Of a stretch of 64,000 bases of DNA, positions 29,396 to 39,935 are shown piece by piece; position 1 is the stretch's first letter, and each line of letters opens with the position of its first letter. Below the pieces are notes generated by a model. The model searched no databases and was not told where the DNA came from. It worked only from the letters and a program-made list of their open reading frames with translations. Source of the stretch: Elusimicrobiaceae bacterium (lineage in GTDB: Bacteria; Elusimicrobiota; Elusimicrobia; Elusimicrobiales; Elusimicrobiaceae). The translations under genes were made by a program, and so were the position numbers. The stretch spans positions 5,087 to 69,086 of the forward strand of contig JAZUSP010000047.1 of assembly GCA_045606805.1 (NCBI GenBank), written 5' to 3'.

Positions 29396-30418
29396 ATGAA
29401 ATCGCTTTCTTCCCCCCTCCTTGCGTGGTACCACAAAAACAAGCGCGACTTGCCTTGGCGGCATACCAAGGACCCTTACAAAATTTGGCTGTGTGAAATT
29501 ATTATGCAGCAAACCCGCGTCGCCCAGGGGCTTAGCTATTATAATCGGTTTGTGGAAACATTCCCTACCCCGGCCGCGTTGGCGGGGGCGTCGCAAGATG
29601 AAGTATTAAAACTGTGGCAGGGGCTTGGCTATTATAGCCGCGCGCGCAATTTGCACGAAGCCGCTAAAAGTATGCACGGCAAATTTCCCCCCACTTACGA
29701 CGGGGTGCGCGCCTTAAAAGGCGTGGGCGATTACACGGCCGCGGCGATTTGCTCGATAGCCTATAATATGCCCTACGCCGTGGTAGACGGGAATGTGTAC
29801 CGGGTGCTCTCGCGCGTGTTTGGCATTACTACGCCCATAGACTCCACGGGCGGAAAAAAACAATTTACCGCCCTGGCGCAAAAGCTACTCAATAAAAAAA
29901 ATCCCGGTGATTATAACCAGGCGATTATGGATTTCGGGGCTATGGTCTGCACGCCGCAAGCGCCCGCTTGTTTGACGTGTCCGCTTGCCAAAATGTGTGT
30001 GGCCCGCAAAGACGGTGCGCAGGAAAAACTGCCCGTTAAGGCGCAAAAGACGAAAGTTTCCACGCGCTACTTCCACTATATATATGTAGAACAAGGGAAG
30101 TTTACGTGGATTCATCAGCGCGGGCCCGGTGACGTGTGGCAAAATCTCTACGAACTGCCGCTTGTGGAAACGCACGACGGAAATTTGACGGCCGCGTACC
30201 CGCAACTTAAAAAATGGTTTGGCCCGGCGCAAGTGGCGGCAGTCAGCCAAACGCCGCTCAAGCACGTACTTTCGCACCAAATTATTTACGCATATATATA
30301 TAAGGTAAATGTACCCGCCGCGCGCAAGGTACCCGCAGGGTTTATCAAAATTTCCACAAACGACCTGCCGAAGTACGCCGTTTCCCGCCTGGTGCAAAAG
30401 TTACTGGAAAAAGTATAA
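29396..30418 (+). CDS. mutY: A/G-specific adenine DNA glycosylase
   Basis: RDLPWR, EIIMQQTRV, WQGLGYYSRARNL, VDGNVYRV and Fe-S motif CTPQAPACLTCPLAKMC. Confidence 0.97.
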   Translation: MKSLSSPLLAWYHKNKRDLPWRHTKDPYKIWLCEIIMQQTRVAQGLSYYNRFVETFPTPAALAGASQDEVLKLWQGLGYYSRARNLHEAAKSMHGKFPPTYDGVRALKGVGDYTAAAICSIAYNMPYAVVDGNVYRVLSRVFGITTPIDSTGGKKQFTALAQKLLNKKNPGDYNQAIMDFGAMVCTPQAPACLTCPLAKMCVARKDGAQEKLPVKAQKTKVSTRYFHYIYVEQGKFTWIHQRGPGDVWQNLYELPLVETHDGNLTAAYPQLKKWFGPAQVAAVSQTPLKHVLSHQIIYAYIYKVNVPAARKVPAGFIKISTNDLPKYAVSRLVQKLLEKV

Positions 30419-30423
30419 CAATC

Positions 30424-30453
30424 AAAACCCCCGGCTTAACACCGGGGGTTTTT
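30424..30453. terminator. Bidirectional terminator between mutY and fadL
   Basis: AAAACCCCCGG..CCGGGGGTTTTT. Confidence 0.8.
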
Positions 30454-30466
30454 AGAATGGTACTAT

Positions 30467-31687
30467 TTAGAATTTATAACCCACGGTCAACGCAAACATA
30501 TCACTGCGCCCGCCGGAGTATTTCATGGGTGCACCTGCGGGTGCTATGGGGGACGGGGCACTTTTGCCGGACAAGTCGCGCCCGAAGATGTGCGCGTAGG
30601 CAAAGTCAGCACTCCAGGTTTGGCCTTTGTAGCCAAAACCCATGCTAACAATATGGCGGTCGTCCACGGGCACCAGCGTATCCATGGCATTCTTGTTAAT
30701 CGGCGATTTGTCAAACACGTATCCGCCACGCACCGCCCATACGGGGGTCAGCATATATTCGGTACCGAAGTTCAAACGGAAGGTATCTTTGTATAATTTT
30801 TGTGGGTTGATAAACGGAACGGAAGACGCATCTTTGTACTGGATAATGATTTGGTCGTACGAGCTCCAAAACGTTCCAATAATTCCAGCTTCCATGACCC
30901 ATTTGTCGGTAGCTTGGAACGAAAGCCCGGCGGAAATGCTGTCAGGCAAGTTGATGGCCCCTTCGGCGGGAGAATCGTGAATATTGATAATCCCAAAGGT
31001 ACCGTTTGAATTAACGGAACCATTCAAATTTTGTTTGATCTTACTGCGGTACATAGCCCCCAAGGACCATTTTTCAGCCCATTGCGGACGGTACAATAAT
31101 GAGAAGTTTCCCCCCCAGCTAACCCCGGTACCGTGAATGTCATATTGGCCATTCATAGGTTGAAAGGTAGAGTTTTGCGTGAAATCAATGGTCATGGCTT
31201 CCAGGCCCATGGCAATAGATAGTTCATCATTGGCTTTGATAGCAATCGTCGGTGTGAAAGAGAAAGTTTCCAGTTTTACTTTATAGGCCAAATTGCTACC
31301 GGGCCACGTTTGCCAGTTGCGGTACGTACCGCCCAGGCCATAGCGCGAAAATGCACCTAAACCCAAGCTGATATCATCACTCCATTTATGAGTAATGTAG
31401 AAGTTGGGTAACGTCCATACATCACGTTGTAAACTGCGGGTAGAGCCATTGACCGTCGTGCGCGCGTGCGCAGTTACCAAAGTAGCACCTAATTGAATGT
31501 TGGTGCCTTCCAGTTCGGTAATCAAGGCCGGGTTGGTGGCCAAAGAGGCGGCCTCGGCTTTGTTTGCCATCACGGCGCCGCCCATAGCGGTAGAGCGTCC
31601 GCTAAATTCATATAATGCAAACCCCGCCCCATAAGAAAGGTCCGTCAGTAAGCCGCACAGCACGGCTGCAATCAATAATTTCTTCAT
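30467..31687 (-). CDS. fadL: FadL/OmpP1 family outer-membrane beta-barrel transporter
   Basis: Signal peptide, AGFALYEFSGRSTAMGGA, NPA motif and terminal YKF. Confidence 0.85.
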   Translation of the reverse strand: MKKLLIAAVLCGLLTDLSYGAGFALYEFSGRSTAMGGAVMANKAEAASLATNPALITELEGTNIQLGATLVTAHARTTVNGSTRSLQRDVWTLPNFYITHKWSDDISLGLGAFSRYGLGGTYRNWQTWPGSNLAYKVKLETFSFTPTIAIKANDELSIAMGLEAMTIDFTQNSTFQPMNGQYDIHGTGVSWGGNFSLLYRPQWAEKWSLGAMYRSKIKQNLNGSVNSNGTFGIINIHDSPAEGAINLPDSISAGLSFQATDKWVMEAGIIGTFWSSYDQIIIQYKDASSVPFINPQKLYKDTFRLNFGTEYMLTPVWAVRGGYVFDKSPINKNAMDTLVPVDDRHIVSMGFGYKGQTWSADFAYAHIFGRDLSGKSAPSPIAPAGAPMKYSGGRSDMFALTVGYKF

Positions 31688-31743
31688 AATTCTCCTACAA
31701 GTTACACAAAAATCCCCGCCCTATGTGACGGGCGGGGCACTGC

Positions 31744-32400
31744 TTATTTATTTAAAGCGGCCAGTTTATCCTTGGCTACACTGCCAAAATAGGTCTTGGT
31801 GTAGTTGGCCAAAATTTGCTGGTAGGTTTCCACCGCTTGCGCTTTTTGGCCGGCCAGTTCCTGGCTTAGCGCCAACGTAAAATACGCTTGCGGCAAAGCA
31901 AAACTTTTGGGATTATCCTGGATAAATTTTGTGAGCAGTTTGATAGAGCCGTCGTAATCTTTGGTGGCCTGTTTGGCGGCGGCTAAACTCAAAATAGCCA
32001 CGGTGCGCAACGTTTCATTATGCGCAGTGGTCAGCGGCTCATACGCGCTGGCGGCCTGGGCGTAGTTTTCGCCGTCGTAGAGGATATCGCCTTTTAGGAG
32101 CTGGGCATACTGCGCGGCGGGCGTACCCGGGAATTGGATAGCTACGCCGTCAAGTTGTGTGAGTGCGGATGGGTCACTCATCACGGCCAGTTGGGCATTG
32201 TAGTAAGCGGCCCAAGATTGTTCTTGCACTTTTTTTACGTGGGTGGCATACGCGTAACCCAGTACGGCGGCCAATACCAAAATAACGGCACCCGTAATGA
32301 CGCGTCTTTTGTGGTCTTTTACGTATTTTTTAGTGCCGGCTAAAAGAGAAATAATTGCTTCTTGTTCTTGCTTTACAGTAGGTTGTTGTTTTTTGTTCAT
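31744..32400 (-). CDS. Membrane-anchored TPR protein (YfgM-like)
   Basis: N-terminal TM helix followed by TPR-like helices. Confidence 0.72.
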   Translation of the reverse strand: MNKKQQPTVKQEQEAIISLLAGTKKYVKDHKRRVITGAVILVLAAVLGYAYATHVKKVQEQSWAAYYNAQLAVMSDPSALTQLDGVAIQFPGTPAAQYAQLLKGDILYDGENYAQAASAYEPLTTAHNETLRTVAILSLAAAKQATKDYDGSIKLLTKFIQDNPKSFALPQAYFTLALSQELAGQKAQAVETYQQILANYTKTYFGSVAKDKLAALNK

Positions 32401-32459
32401 ATACCTTATTATAGTAAAATTGCGGGACGTTTGGAAACGCAGTTTACTATAATATAGGT

Positions 32460-33239
32460 ATGCAAAATAAATCTTCTAACTGCGTAGCACTTTGGTTTAT
32501 CCCGCTGGTGGCGGTGTTATTGGCGGCATTTTTTACATTCGTTTTTTTAGTGGGCAAGGCATTATATAAGAGGATGAATACGCCTTCCGCGCCGCCCGTG
32601 CAAACGGCGCAAGCCCCGCAACAACCTGCTCCACTGGCGGCGCCGGTAGTGCCGTTTGTAGAGTTGGAAGAAACGGACGAAACTGCCTTGCCGCCCGAAG
32701 TGGAAATTCCGGCGGAAGATGCCGATATCCCCCCCGTGCCCGAGGTCTGCCCGGCTACGGCCGTGCCGCTTAAACTGGAAAAACCCAAACGCCGTCGCCC
32801 AGTTACGCCATTTGAACAAGGCCTCAAAGCGTGTGCGGCGGGCGGCACGTTCCCGTGTGCGTGGGAAGATGATTCTGGCGTTATCGTTAAACAATATTGG
32901 CTGATGAGTGCCGCTGGCCCCGTCCAACGCGGCATTTACGATAGGGACGGCAATTTAATCAATGAAACCATTGCCACGCTTAGCGGCACGGTAACGTCGT
33001 ACACAGAGCAAGATAAAACGTACTTTTTTGAAGGAGGCGTTCTCACAAAAATCCGCACCAGCCCGTATGAAAATTGTAATTTTCACGATTGGTTTTTTAT
33101 TGATGCGGCTGGAAAGTTGGATGTATGCCAATGTGCGCGCACGACGGGCAGTGCTTGTTGCGAACGTTCCCCCTATCATGAGGGCGCCCCGCGCGGTTAT
33201 TGCGACTTAAACCCGCTGGACAAAGACTTTTGCAAGTAG
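32460..33239 (+). CDS. Hypothetical membrane-anchored protein with Pro/Glu-rich linker and Cys-rich C-terminus
   Basis: N-terminal TM helix; about 9 Cys in the C-terminal domain; TATAAT 6 nt upstream. Confidence 0.7.
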   Translation: MQNKSSNCVALWFIPLVAVLLAAFFTFVFLVGKALYKRMNTPSAPPVQTAQAPQQPAPLAAPVVPFVELEETDETALPPEVEIPAEDADIPPVPEVCPATAVPLKLEKPKRRRPVTPFEQGLKACAAGGTFPCAWEDDSGVIVKQYWLMSAAGPVQRGIYDRDGNLINETIATLSGTVTSYTEQDKTYFFEGGVLTKIRTSPYENCNFHDWFFIDAAGKLDVCQCARTTGSACCERSPYHEGAPRGYCDLNPLDKDFCK

Positions 33240-33255
33240 TGCTTTTCCTTTCGCT

Positions 33256-33359
33256 CGTCATCCCGCAGTGTTTCTGTGCGGGATATGGCGCGGGCACGCT
33301 GTCTTATCATCTTCCCCTCTTGTGGGGGAAGTACCGCCGTTAGGCGGGGTAGGAGGGTT
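33256..33359. repeat. Free intergenic REP-like hairpins of two families
   Basis: GTCATCCCGCAG..TGCGGGATA resembles the pilin 7 leader insert; CTTCCCCTCTTGTGGGGGAAGT..GGAGGG resembles the pilin 9 leader insert. Confidence 0.7.
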
Positions 33360-33370
33360 GTAAAATAGGG

Positions 33371-33703
33371 CTACCACTTTTTAAACACAAAAAATACCGC
33401 TAGCACCAAACACAAAAAGCCGACGAGGTGATTCCACTTAAACCGCTCGCCAAAGTAAAGCATACTAAACCCGGCAAACACAGCTAGTGTGATGACTTCT
33501 TGCATTACTTTTAGTTGCGTGACGCTAAAATAGTTGCTGCCAATACGGTTAGCGGGCACTTGCAAACAATACTCAAAAAACGCAATGCCCCAGCTGACCA
33601 AGATGACCGCCCACAGGGCGCGGGATTTGAATTTGAGGTGCCCGTACCAGGCGATGGTCATAAATAGGTTTGAGGCACATAATAATATAATCGGTTTCCA
33701 CAT
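33371..33703 (-). CDS. DMT-superfamily small membrane protein (DUF486)
   Basis: SNLFMTIAWYGHLK, EYCLQVPANRIG and QLKVMQEVITL motifs. Confidence 0.9.
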   Translation of the reverse strand: MWKPIILLCASNLFMTIAWYGHLKFKSRALWAVILVSWGIAFFEYCLQVPANRIGSNYFSVTQLKVMQEVITLAVFAGFSMLYFGERFKWNHLVGFLCLVLAVFFVFKKW

Positions 33704-33780
33704 AGTTACATTGTAGGAAATTTTGACGACCGACGCGACGTTACGTCATACGTGGACCAACAATTTGCCAAAATCTTTCC

Positions 33781-34128
33781 ATTTCGCACCGACTTTCACT
33801 CGCGTACTTGCCGCACTCCGTGCGGTCCGGCAGACGTACTAGGGTTGGCAAGAAGTTCTAATTGCTCTTTGCGTTTAGTCGTTTTTGTGCCGTGAGGCGC
33901 GGCAAAAAAGTGCAGGCAATGTACTCATTGGCAAACTTTTTTAACAAAGCCGAGCTCAAAAACGGCTAAACCCTACGGGCCGCGTCCTTTTGGTCTATTA
34001 CATTCTTTTTTTGCTTGGCATAGTTACTTTGCCTGCGCAAAACAAAGTGCGTACTAACCGCAAAAGTCCAGCGGCGCAAAGGCAAAGAGAGCTCCTTGCC
34101 AACCCTGGCTCAACTTACGGTGCGAAAT
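33781..34128. repeat. ~350-bp nested palindromic composite (MITE-like)
   Basis: Outer arms ATTTCGCACCG/CGGTGCGAAAT, inner arms AGGGTTGGCAAG/CTTGCCAACCCT, internal hairpins. Confidence 0.75.
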
Positions 34129-34387
34129 GCTTTGATTTTGACAAATCAGGGTACTGACTATTTTACCCGGTGTTTGTTTTCCCTCACTTGCGTTTGTACG
34201 GTCCGCTTGCGTTTATATTTGGCGGGCGCGATTTTGAAAAATCATCTTATATTTTATTTAACTTTGTATTTGGGGAAAAAACTGGCCCAAGTTATAGGCC
34301 GGCCTTACCTAAGCCTAAATCTGAAAAACTAAACGGCGTTTTTGTTTCGCAAAACTATCCTCCAGTTAATAACTAGGGGAAAGCTAT

Positions 34388-34864
34388 TTACCATGTTGTT
34401 ATTTTGTATAGATTTTCAAGACCGCCTACATATTTTCCAAGTGTGGCGCATAATTTTTTTTGTGTTTCGTTATTCCATTGACAATATTTATTATTACTTT
34501 CTGATTGATAGTCACTATATTGATGATTGTAATAAAAAACAATTGTTATATCAGGTAATCGTGTATCTTTTACCCGAACAGCATTGGCAGATTTTGGGTT
34601 GTTTGCTGCTAAAGTAACTTGTATTTCTTGTAAGGTAGGCGGATTAATATCTAAATCAGCCAAAGTCTGTGTATAGGAACCATTGGCAAGATAATATACC
34701 TCTTGCGCTTTTTGAATAGCATCCGCCACTGTGACTAATTGCATTAACTGAGCTTTATTAACGGCAAACTTATATTGCGGGACGGCCACCGCCGCTAAAA
34801 TGCCGATAATTAAAACAACTACTAACAACTCAATGAGGGTAAACCCCTGGTTTTCTTTTTTCAT
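34388..34864 (-). CDS. Type IV pilin-like protein 6 (short leader)
   Basis: MKKENQG|[24 protein letters not shown]; C-terminal Cys pair. Confidence 0.93.
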   Translation of the reverse strand: MKKENQGFTLIELLVVVLIIGILAAVAVPQYKFAVNKAQLMQLVTVADAIQKAQEVYYLANGSYTQTLADLDINPPTLQEIQVTLAANNPKSANAVRVKDTRLPDITIVFYYNHQYSDYQSESNNKYCQWNNETQKKLCATLGKYVGGLENLYKITTW

Positions 34865-35150
34865 ATGCTTTTTCTCCTAACTATAATTTCAATTTACCTG
34901 CTTTGGAAAAACGCATACAAAAACGGCTATGATGCCTGAGTACTCAGCAAAGAACCCAATACAAAACAGCCGTAGTTTTCCGTCGAAACGAAAAACATTC
35001 GGCACAAGAAAACGGGTTTCGAAGGTCCGTTCCCTTGTGCCTTAAATGGCTGCTCTTGGCTTGCTGAGTGCTTTTGTTGGCAAAAGCTCTGCGTTTCCCA
35101 AACGCTTCCAAAAACAGGATAAATTGTACCTACATTATAACATAAAAAAA
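34865..35150 (-). ncRNA. Conserved structured 5' leader of pilin cassette, copy L6
   Basis: TATAAT -10; stems ACUCAGCAA/UUGCUGAGU, CAGCC/GGCUG, GGCACAAG/CUUGUGCC, GAAUGUUU, UAGCCGUUUU. Confidence 0.8.
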
Positions 35151-35252
35151 GGATTATTCCCGAACTTGTTTCGGGATCTTCCACGCCTGTTGTTGGTTGT
35201 TGCTATGTGCAAACGGCAAGCGTCGAAGATCCTGAGTCAAGCTCAGGATGAC
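35151..35252. repeat. Intergenic GTCATCC-type double-hairpin element
   Basis: TTCCCGAACTTGTTTCGGGATCTTCCACGC..CAAGCGTCGAAGATCCTGAGTCAAGCTCAGGATGAC. Confidence 0.85.
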
Positions 35253-35340
35253 AAATTAAAGAAATGGCTCACTTACGTTGCAATAAACTAGTTAAAATTT
35301 GCGTTATAAATTGTAACTTAATTCTTGGTACAATATACTT

Positions 35341-36693
35341 ATGAAAAAACTGACACTTTTCTTACTAGGGTTTATATTATTGGGCACGCGCCCGGCAATG
35401 GGCGAAATCATCTCGCCCGAAAAACCGGCGCCGGAGACGGACGAAGTGCACAAGGTCCACGGTTTGACCGTCACCACCCGGGCCGACGGCACGCCATTGC
35501 CGGACATTCACGCCACGCTTTCCTTGCAAGATTGTATTGATTTGGCCTTGGCCAACTCCCCCACCATGATTGCCGCTAACCTGGCGGCGCAAAATGCGCG
35601 GGTCAATTTGAATTTGGCCAAATCACAATTTTTGCCGACGGCCTCGGCCGGGTTTAACAGCAGTTATAATATGGGCACGCCCATGCACGATTACGGTGCA
35701 CAAAACACGTCCGCGTCGGCCAATTTAACGCTAAGTGGCATTACGGACCTGGTCCGTAACGTTAAAATGAAACAGTCCGCCGTGGAACAGGCCGATTTAA
35801 AAGTGCAAAGCGTGCAAAATGATATCATCCGCAACGTGCGCAAAGGGTATTATGTGCTACTTGCCGCCCAACGTGCCGTCAATATCCGCACCCAATCCAA
35901 AGCCGTCTACCAGGACCAGTACGAACGCACCAGCGAATACTACCGCTTGGGCCTGCGCCCTAAAGTGGACGTAACAACGGCCGAAGTCAATTTAAATAAC
36001 GAGTCCTTGCGCCTCATCCGCGCTACCAACTCCGTCAAAAACGCCTCGGCCGCGTTGGCTAACATTTTGGGGGTTACCACGCCTGACGTGCTCACGGTAG
36101 AAATGATGGAAGATTTTGATGCGTTTGATATCACGCTAGACGACGCCATTAAAGCCGCGTACGAAAACCGCCCGGATGTGGCGTCCTCGCGCTTGGACGT
36201 AAGCATCAGCCAAATGCAGCTCAGCCAAGCCAAAGCGGGTTTGTTTCCGACCATGACTTTATCGGCCGGCTACACCAAAAGCGGCGAGAGTTTGTACTTA
36301 GATACTGAGGCCGCACACGTCGGCGTGGCAATTGAAATTCCGCTGTTCAACGCGTTTAAAACCTATAACGGTATTAAGCAAGCTAAAATTGCGCTGGAAA
36401 ACACGCACAACAACACGCGCAGTCTCTTAAACAACGTTTTTTTAGAAGTACAAAAAGCCTACATTGCGCTAAACGAAGCGGCCGAAAGTATTCCGCTTGC
36501 CAAGCTTAATGTGGACAAAGCCAAGGAAAATATGGAGCTGGCCCGCGGCCGCTACAACGAAGGAATTGGCGATATGATTTCACTTAAAGATGCCGAAGTG
36601 GCGTACACGGATGCCGAGCTTAGTTTGCTTAGCGCCCGGTATGATTACGCCTCGGCAGTGGCTGATTTAAAACAAGCCATGGGAACTTATTAG
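35341..36693 (+). CDS. tolC: TolC-family outer-membrane efflux protein
   Basis: Signal peptide, two OEP-like repeats (SQFLPT, AGLFPT), first gene of an efflux operon. Confidence 0.9.
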   Translation: MKKLTLFLLGFILLGTRPAMGEIISPEKPAPETDEVHKVHGLTVTTRADGTPLPDIHATLSLQDCIDLALANSPTMIAANLAAQNARVNLNLAKSQFLPTASAGFNSSYNMGTPMHDYGAQNTSASANLTLSGITDLVRNVKMKQSAVEQADLKVQSVQNDIIRNVRKGYYVLLAAQRAVNIRTQSKAVYQDQYERTSEYYRLGLRPKVDVTTAEVNLNNESLRLIRATNSVKNASAALANILGVTTPDVLTVEMMEDFDAFDITLDDAIKAAYENRPDVASSRLDVSISQMQLSQAKAGLFPTMTLSAGYTKSGESLYLDTEAAHVGVAIEIPLFNAFKTYNGIKQAKIALENTHNNTRSLLNNVFLEVQKAYIALNEAAESIPLAKLNVDKAKENMELARGRYNEGIGDMISLKDAEVAYTDAELSLLSARYDYASAVADLKQAMGTY

Positions 36694-36702
36694 GGAGCAT
36701 TT

Positions 36703-37932
36703 ATGAAAACAATACTTAGTAAAATTTGGCACATGCCGTGGTGGTTAAAGTTGATTATTTTGGCGCTGCTTATCGGCGCCGGGTGGTGGGTGAAACAAAA
36801 GTATTTTACAAAGCCCGCCCTGCCGCCTTTCCGTGTGGCAAAAGTAGAACGGGGCGACATTGCCGACCAAGTGGAAGCCTCGGGCCCGATTAACCCGGTA
36901 AACACCACACAAGTGGGTGCGCTGGTGTCCGGCGAGATTTTGAAAATTTACGTCGATTACAACAGCGAAGTGAAAAAAGGCGACCTGATGGCTGTAATTG
37001 ACCAAACGCAAATTTTAGCGTCGCTGGAAGAAGCCCGCGCCAGTTTATCCTCGGCTAAAGAGAGCCTTTCCTCGTCCAAAAAAGCCTATGAACTGGCCAA
37101 ACGCAACTACGAGCGCTACAAAGTGCTCTACGATAAAAACTATGTGTCCAAGGTGGATTTGGAAAGTTATGAACTTGCTTACGTCAATGCCAAAAGCGCG
37201 CTAAACGCCGCTAAGGCCAGCGTTGTGCGCGCCCAAGCTAATGTGGACTCTGCCGAGAAAAATCTCTCCAACACCAAAATTGTTTCCCCCATTGACGGCG
37301 TTGTTTTAACGCGCAAAGTGAGTGAGGGCCAAACCATTACGGCCGGGTTTTCCACGCCGGAGCTATTTGTGGTGGCGCAAGATTTAACCAAAATGCAAAT
37401 TGAAGCTAAAGTCAGCGAGGCCGACATTGTTAAAATCAAACCCGGCCAACACGCCACGTTTACGTTAGACGGCTATATGGGCGAAAAATTTAACGGTACC
37501 GTGCGCCAGGTGCGTACCAATTATGTGGATACTTCGTCGTCGGCGTCCAGTTCCGGCACGTCTTACACCGTGATTGTGGATGTGGATAATGCGGACCTGC
37601 GCCTCAAACCCGGTATGACGGCCACCATGACCATTTTCACGCAAGAGAAAAAGGATGTGCTTATGGTGCCCAACGAAGCCTTGCGCTTTACCCCCTCCAC
37701 CAACAAAAAAACGTATGATAAAACCGGGGTGTGGAAAGTGCAAAAAGGCGAGCCGCCTGTACGTGTGGATGTGGAAATCGGCATTATTGCCACGAAAAAT
37801 ACCGAAATTGTTTCGGGCGACGTGCAAGAAGGCGACCGCATTATCGTGGGTGAAAATAATTTAAAATCGTCGGGCACGATGCCTATGATGGGCGGCGGCC
37901 CGCGGATGGGTGGCGGTATGCGCCGCCGTTAA
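36703..37932 (+). CDS. macA: MacA-like periplasmic adaptor (membrane fusion protein)
   Basis: VERGDI, GALVSGEI, IVSPIDGVVL and LKPGMTA motifs. Confidence 0.88.
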   Translation: MKTILSKIWHMPWWLKLIILALLIGAGWWVKQKYFTKPALPPFRVAKVERGDIADQVEASGPINPVNTTQVGALVSGEILKIYVDYNSEVKKGDLMAVIDQTQILASLEEARASLSSAKESLSSSKKAYELAKRNYERYKVLYDKNYVSKVDLESYELAYVNAKSALNAAKASVVRAQANVDSAEKNLSNTKIVSPIDGVVLTRKVSEGQTITAGFSTPELFVVAQDLTKMQIEAKVSEADIVKIKPGQHATFTLDGYMGEKFNGTVRQVRTNYVDTSSSASSSGTSYTVIVDVDNADLRLKPGMTATMTIFTQEKKDVLMVPNEALRFTPSTNKKTYDKTGVWKVQKGEPPVRVDVEIGIIATKNTEIVSGDVQEGDRIIVGENNLKSSGTMPMMGGGPRMGGGMRRR

Positions 37933-37945
37933 AACAGGGGGCCTT

Positions 37946-38668
37946 ATGGCGTTAATTGACACGCGCGATTTATACAAAATTTACCAAGTGGGCGACGTGG
38001 AAGTGCGCGCCTTAAACGGCGTAAGCGTTTCTATTGACCCCGGCGAATTTGTGGCTGTGATGGGGCCGTCCGGCTCGGGCAAAAGTACCTTTATGAACAT
38101 TTTAGGGTGTTTGGATAAGCCCACGCACGGCACGTATATTTTAGACGGAATAGATGTGACCGCAACGGACCTTTCTAAACTGGCCGGGGTGCGTAATCGC
38201 AAAATCGGCTTTGTGTTCCAGGGGTTTAACTTAATTAAACGCACCACGGCACTTGAGAATGTGGAACTGCCCATGATTTACAACTACACCCCCGCCGCCC
38301 AGCGCCGCAAAAAAGCCATGGAAGCGTTAGAGGCCGTTGGCCTAGCGCAGCGGGCGGACCACTTGCCTAATCAACTCTCCGGCGGGCAGCAACAGCGCGT
38401 AGCCATTGCGCGCAGTTTAGTGTGCGACGCACCTATTATCTTTGCCGACGAGCCCACCGGCAACTTAGACACCAAAATGAGTATTGAGGTCATGGACCTG
38501 TTCACGCGACTTAATAAAGAAATGGGCAAAACCATTATTTTAATCACGCACGAGCCCGATATTGCCCGGTACGCCACGCGCCTTATTAAATTTAAAGACG
38601 GGCAGAAAATCAGCGACGAAAAACAAACCCCTTGTGGGGCTATTTGCGCGCCCAAGGAGCAGTTATGA
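37946..38668 (+). CDS. MacB/LolD-family ABC ATP-binding protein
   Basis: GPSGSGKST, LSGGQQQRVAIAR and ADEPTGNLD motifs. Confidence 0.95.
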   Translation: MALIDTRDLYKIYQVGDVEVRALNGVSVSIDPGEFVAVMGPSGSGKSTFMNILGCLDKPTHGTYILDGIDVTATDLSKLAGVRNRKIGFVFQGFNLIKRTTALENVELPMIYNYTPAAQRRKKAMEALEAVGLAQRADHLPNQLSGGQQQRVAIARSLVCDAPIIFADEPTGNLDTKMSIEVMDLFTRLNKEMGKTIILITHEPDIARYATRLIKFKDGQKISDEKQTPCGAICAPKEQL

Positions 38669-39891
38669 TAGACGCATTTTTATCGGTATTTAAGATTTCC
38701 CTAAAGTCCATTTTTGCCAACAAAATGCGTGCCGCGCTGACGAGCTTGGGCATTATTATTGCCGTGGCCGCCGTTATTACTGTGCTGGCTGTGGGTAATG
38801 CCACCAAAAAAAGTATGCTAGACCGTATTTCCAACATGGGCACGAACATCCTTTTTCTGCGCCAGCCGTGGGATTTAGATTCGTCTATTTCCTCGCCCAA
38901 AGACGTAACGATGGATGATGTGCTGGCCATTCGCCAAACGGAGGGTGTAGCCGGGGCCGCACCGTATATCCAAACCAGTTTTAATGTCAAATACAAAAAC
39001 ACGAGTGTTAGTTTAAGCGCACTGGCGACCGATACGGACATTTTTAACGTGTACGATTGGACCGTGGAAAAGGGCCGCCCATTTACCGAAAAAGAGATAG
39101 ATGAGTATGCGCAAGTCATGGTCATTGGTGCCAATTCCGCACAGACCATTTTTGGTGACGTGGACCCGCTGGGCAAAACGGTGGTACTGGATAACATCCC
39201 GTTTACGGTAGTCGGTATTACCAAAAAAACCGGGTCTAGCGGCTTTGGGTTTAATATCGACGAAGGCGTGCTAATTCCCTATACTACGGGCAAGGTAAAA
39301 TTAAATTCCGGTTGGAAAACCACGAGCCGCCGCGCACTGGACCGCGTGGTTATCCGCGTGGCCGACTTTAACAAAATTGAAAACACGAAAGTAGATATTT
39401 CCAACGCCGTGCGCAACGTGCACCGCATCCACCCCTTAGGCAAGGACGATTTTCAGCTGGATGATATGGCCTCTATGGTGGAGCAAGCCAAAAGTATGGG
39501 CACTATGATTAGCCTGTTTTTGGGCGTCATCGGCATTGTGTCTTTGATTGTAGGCGGCATTGGGGTGATGAACATTATGCTTGTATCCGTGACCGAGCGC
39601 ACGCGCGAAATTGGCATCCGTATGGCCATTGGCGCGACAAGCTGGAATATCCGCCTGCAGTTTTTAGTAGAATCCATGACGCTTTGTTGTATGGGAGGCG
39701 CTGTGGGAATTCTGCTGGGCGTGGGGTGTTCCCTTATCGTTTCCAAATATATGGCGTTAGCCGCGCATGTGAGTGTGTGGGCGATATTACTCGCGGCCGG
39801 ATTTTCGGCGGCGACGGGAGTTTTCTTTGGGTATTATCCGGCGTATAAGGCCTCTAAGCTAACACCCATTGACGCTTTGAGATACGAGTAA
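38665..39891 (+). CDS. MacB-family ABC permease
   Basis: NKMRAALTSLGIIIAVAAV and GGIGVMNIMLVSVTERTREIGIRMAIGA motifs. Confidence 0.95.
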   Translation: MIDAFLSVFKISLKSIFANKMRAALTSLGIIIAVAAVITVLAVGNATKKSMLDRISNMGTNILFLRQPWDLDSSISSPKDVTMDDVLAIRQTEGVAGAAPYIQTSFNVKYKNTSVSLSALATDTDIFNVYDWTVEKGRPFTEKEIDEYAQVMVIGANSAQTIFGDVDPLGKTVVLDNIPFTVVGITKKTGSSGFGFNIDEGVLIPYTTGKVKLNSGWKTTSRRALDRVVIRVADFNKIENTKVDISNAVRNVHRIHPLGKDDFQLDDMASMVEQAKSMGTMISLFLGVIGIVSLIVGGIGVMNIMLVSVTERTREIGIRMAIGATSWNIRLQFLVESMTLCCMGGAVGILLGVGCSLIVSKYMALAAHVSVWAILLAAGFSAATGVFFGYYPAYKASKLTPIDALRYE

Positions 39892-39935
39892 TTTCTTCCT
39901 AATTTGGCGCAAAAAAGCCAATCATAAAAAGCACC

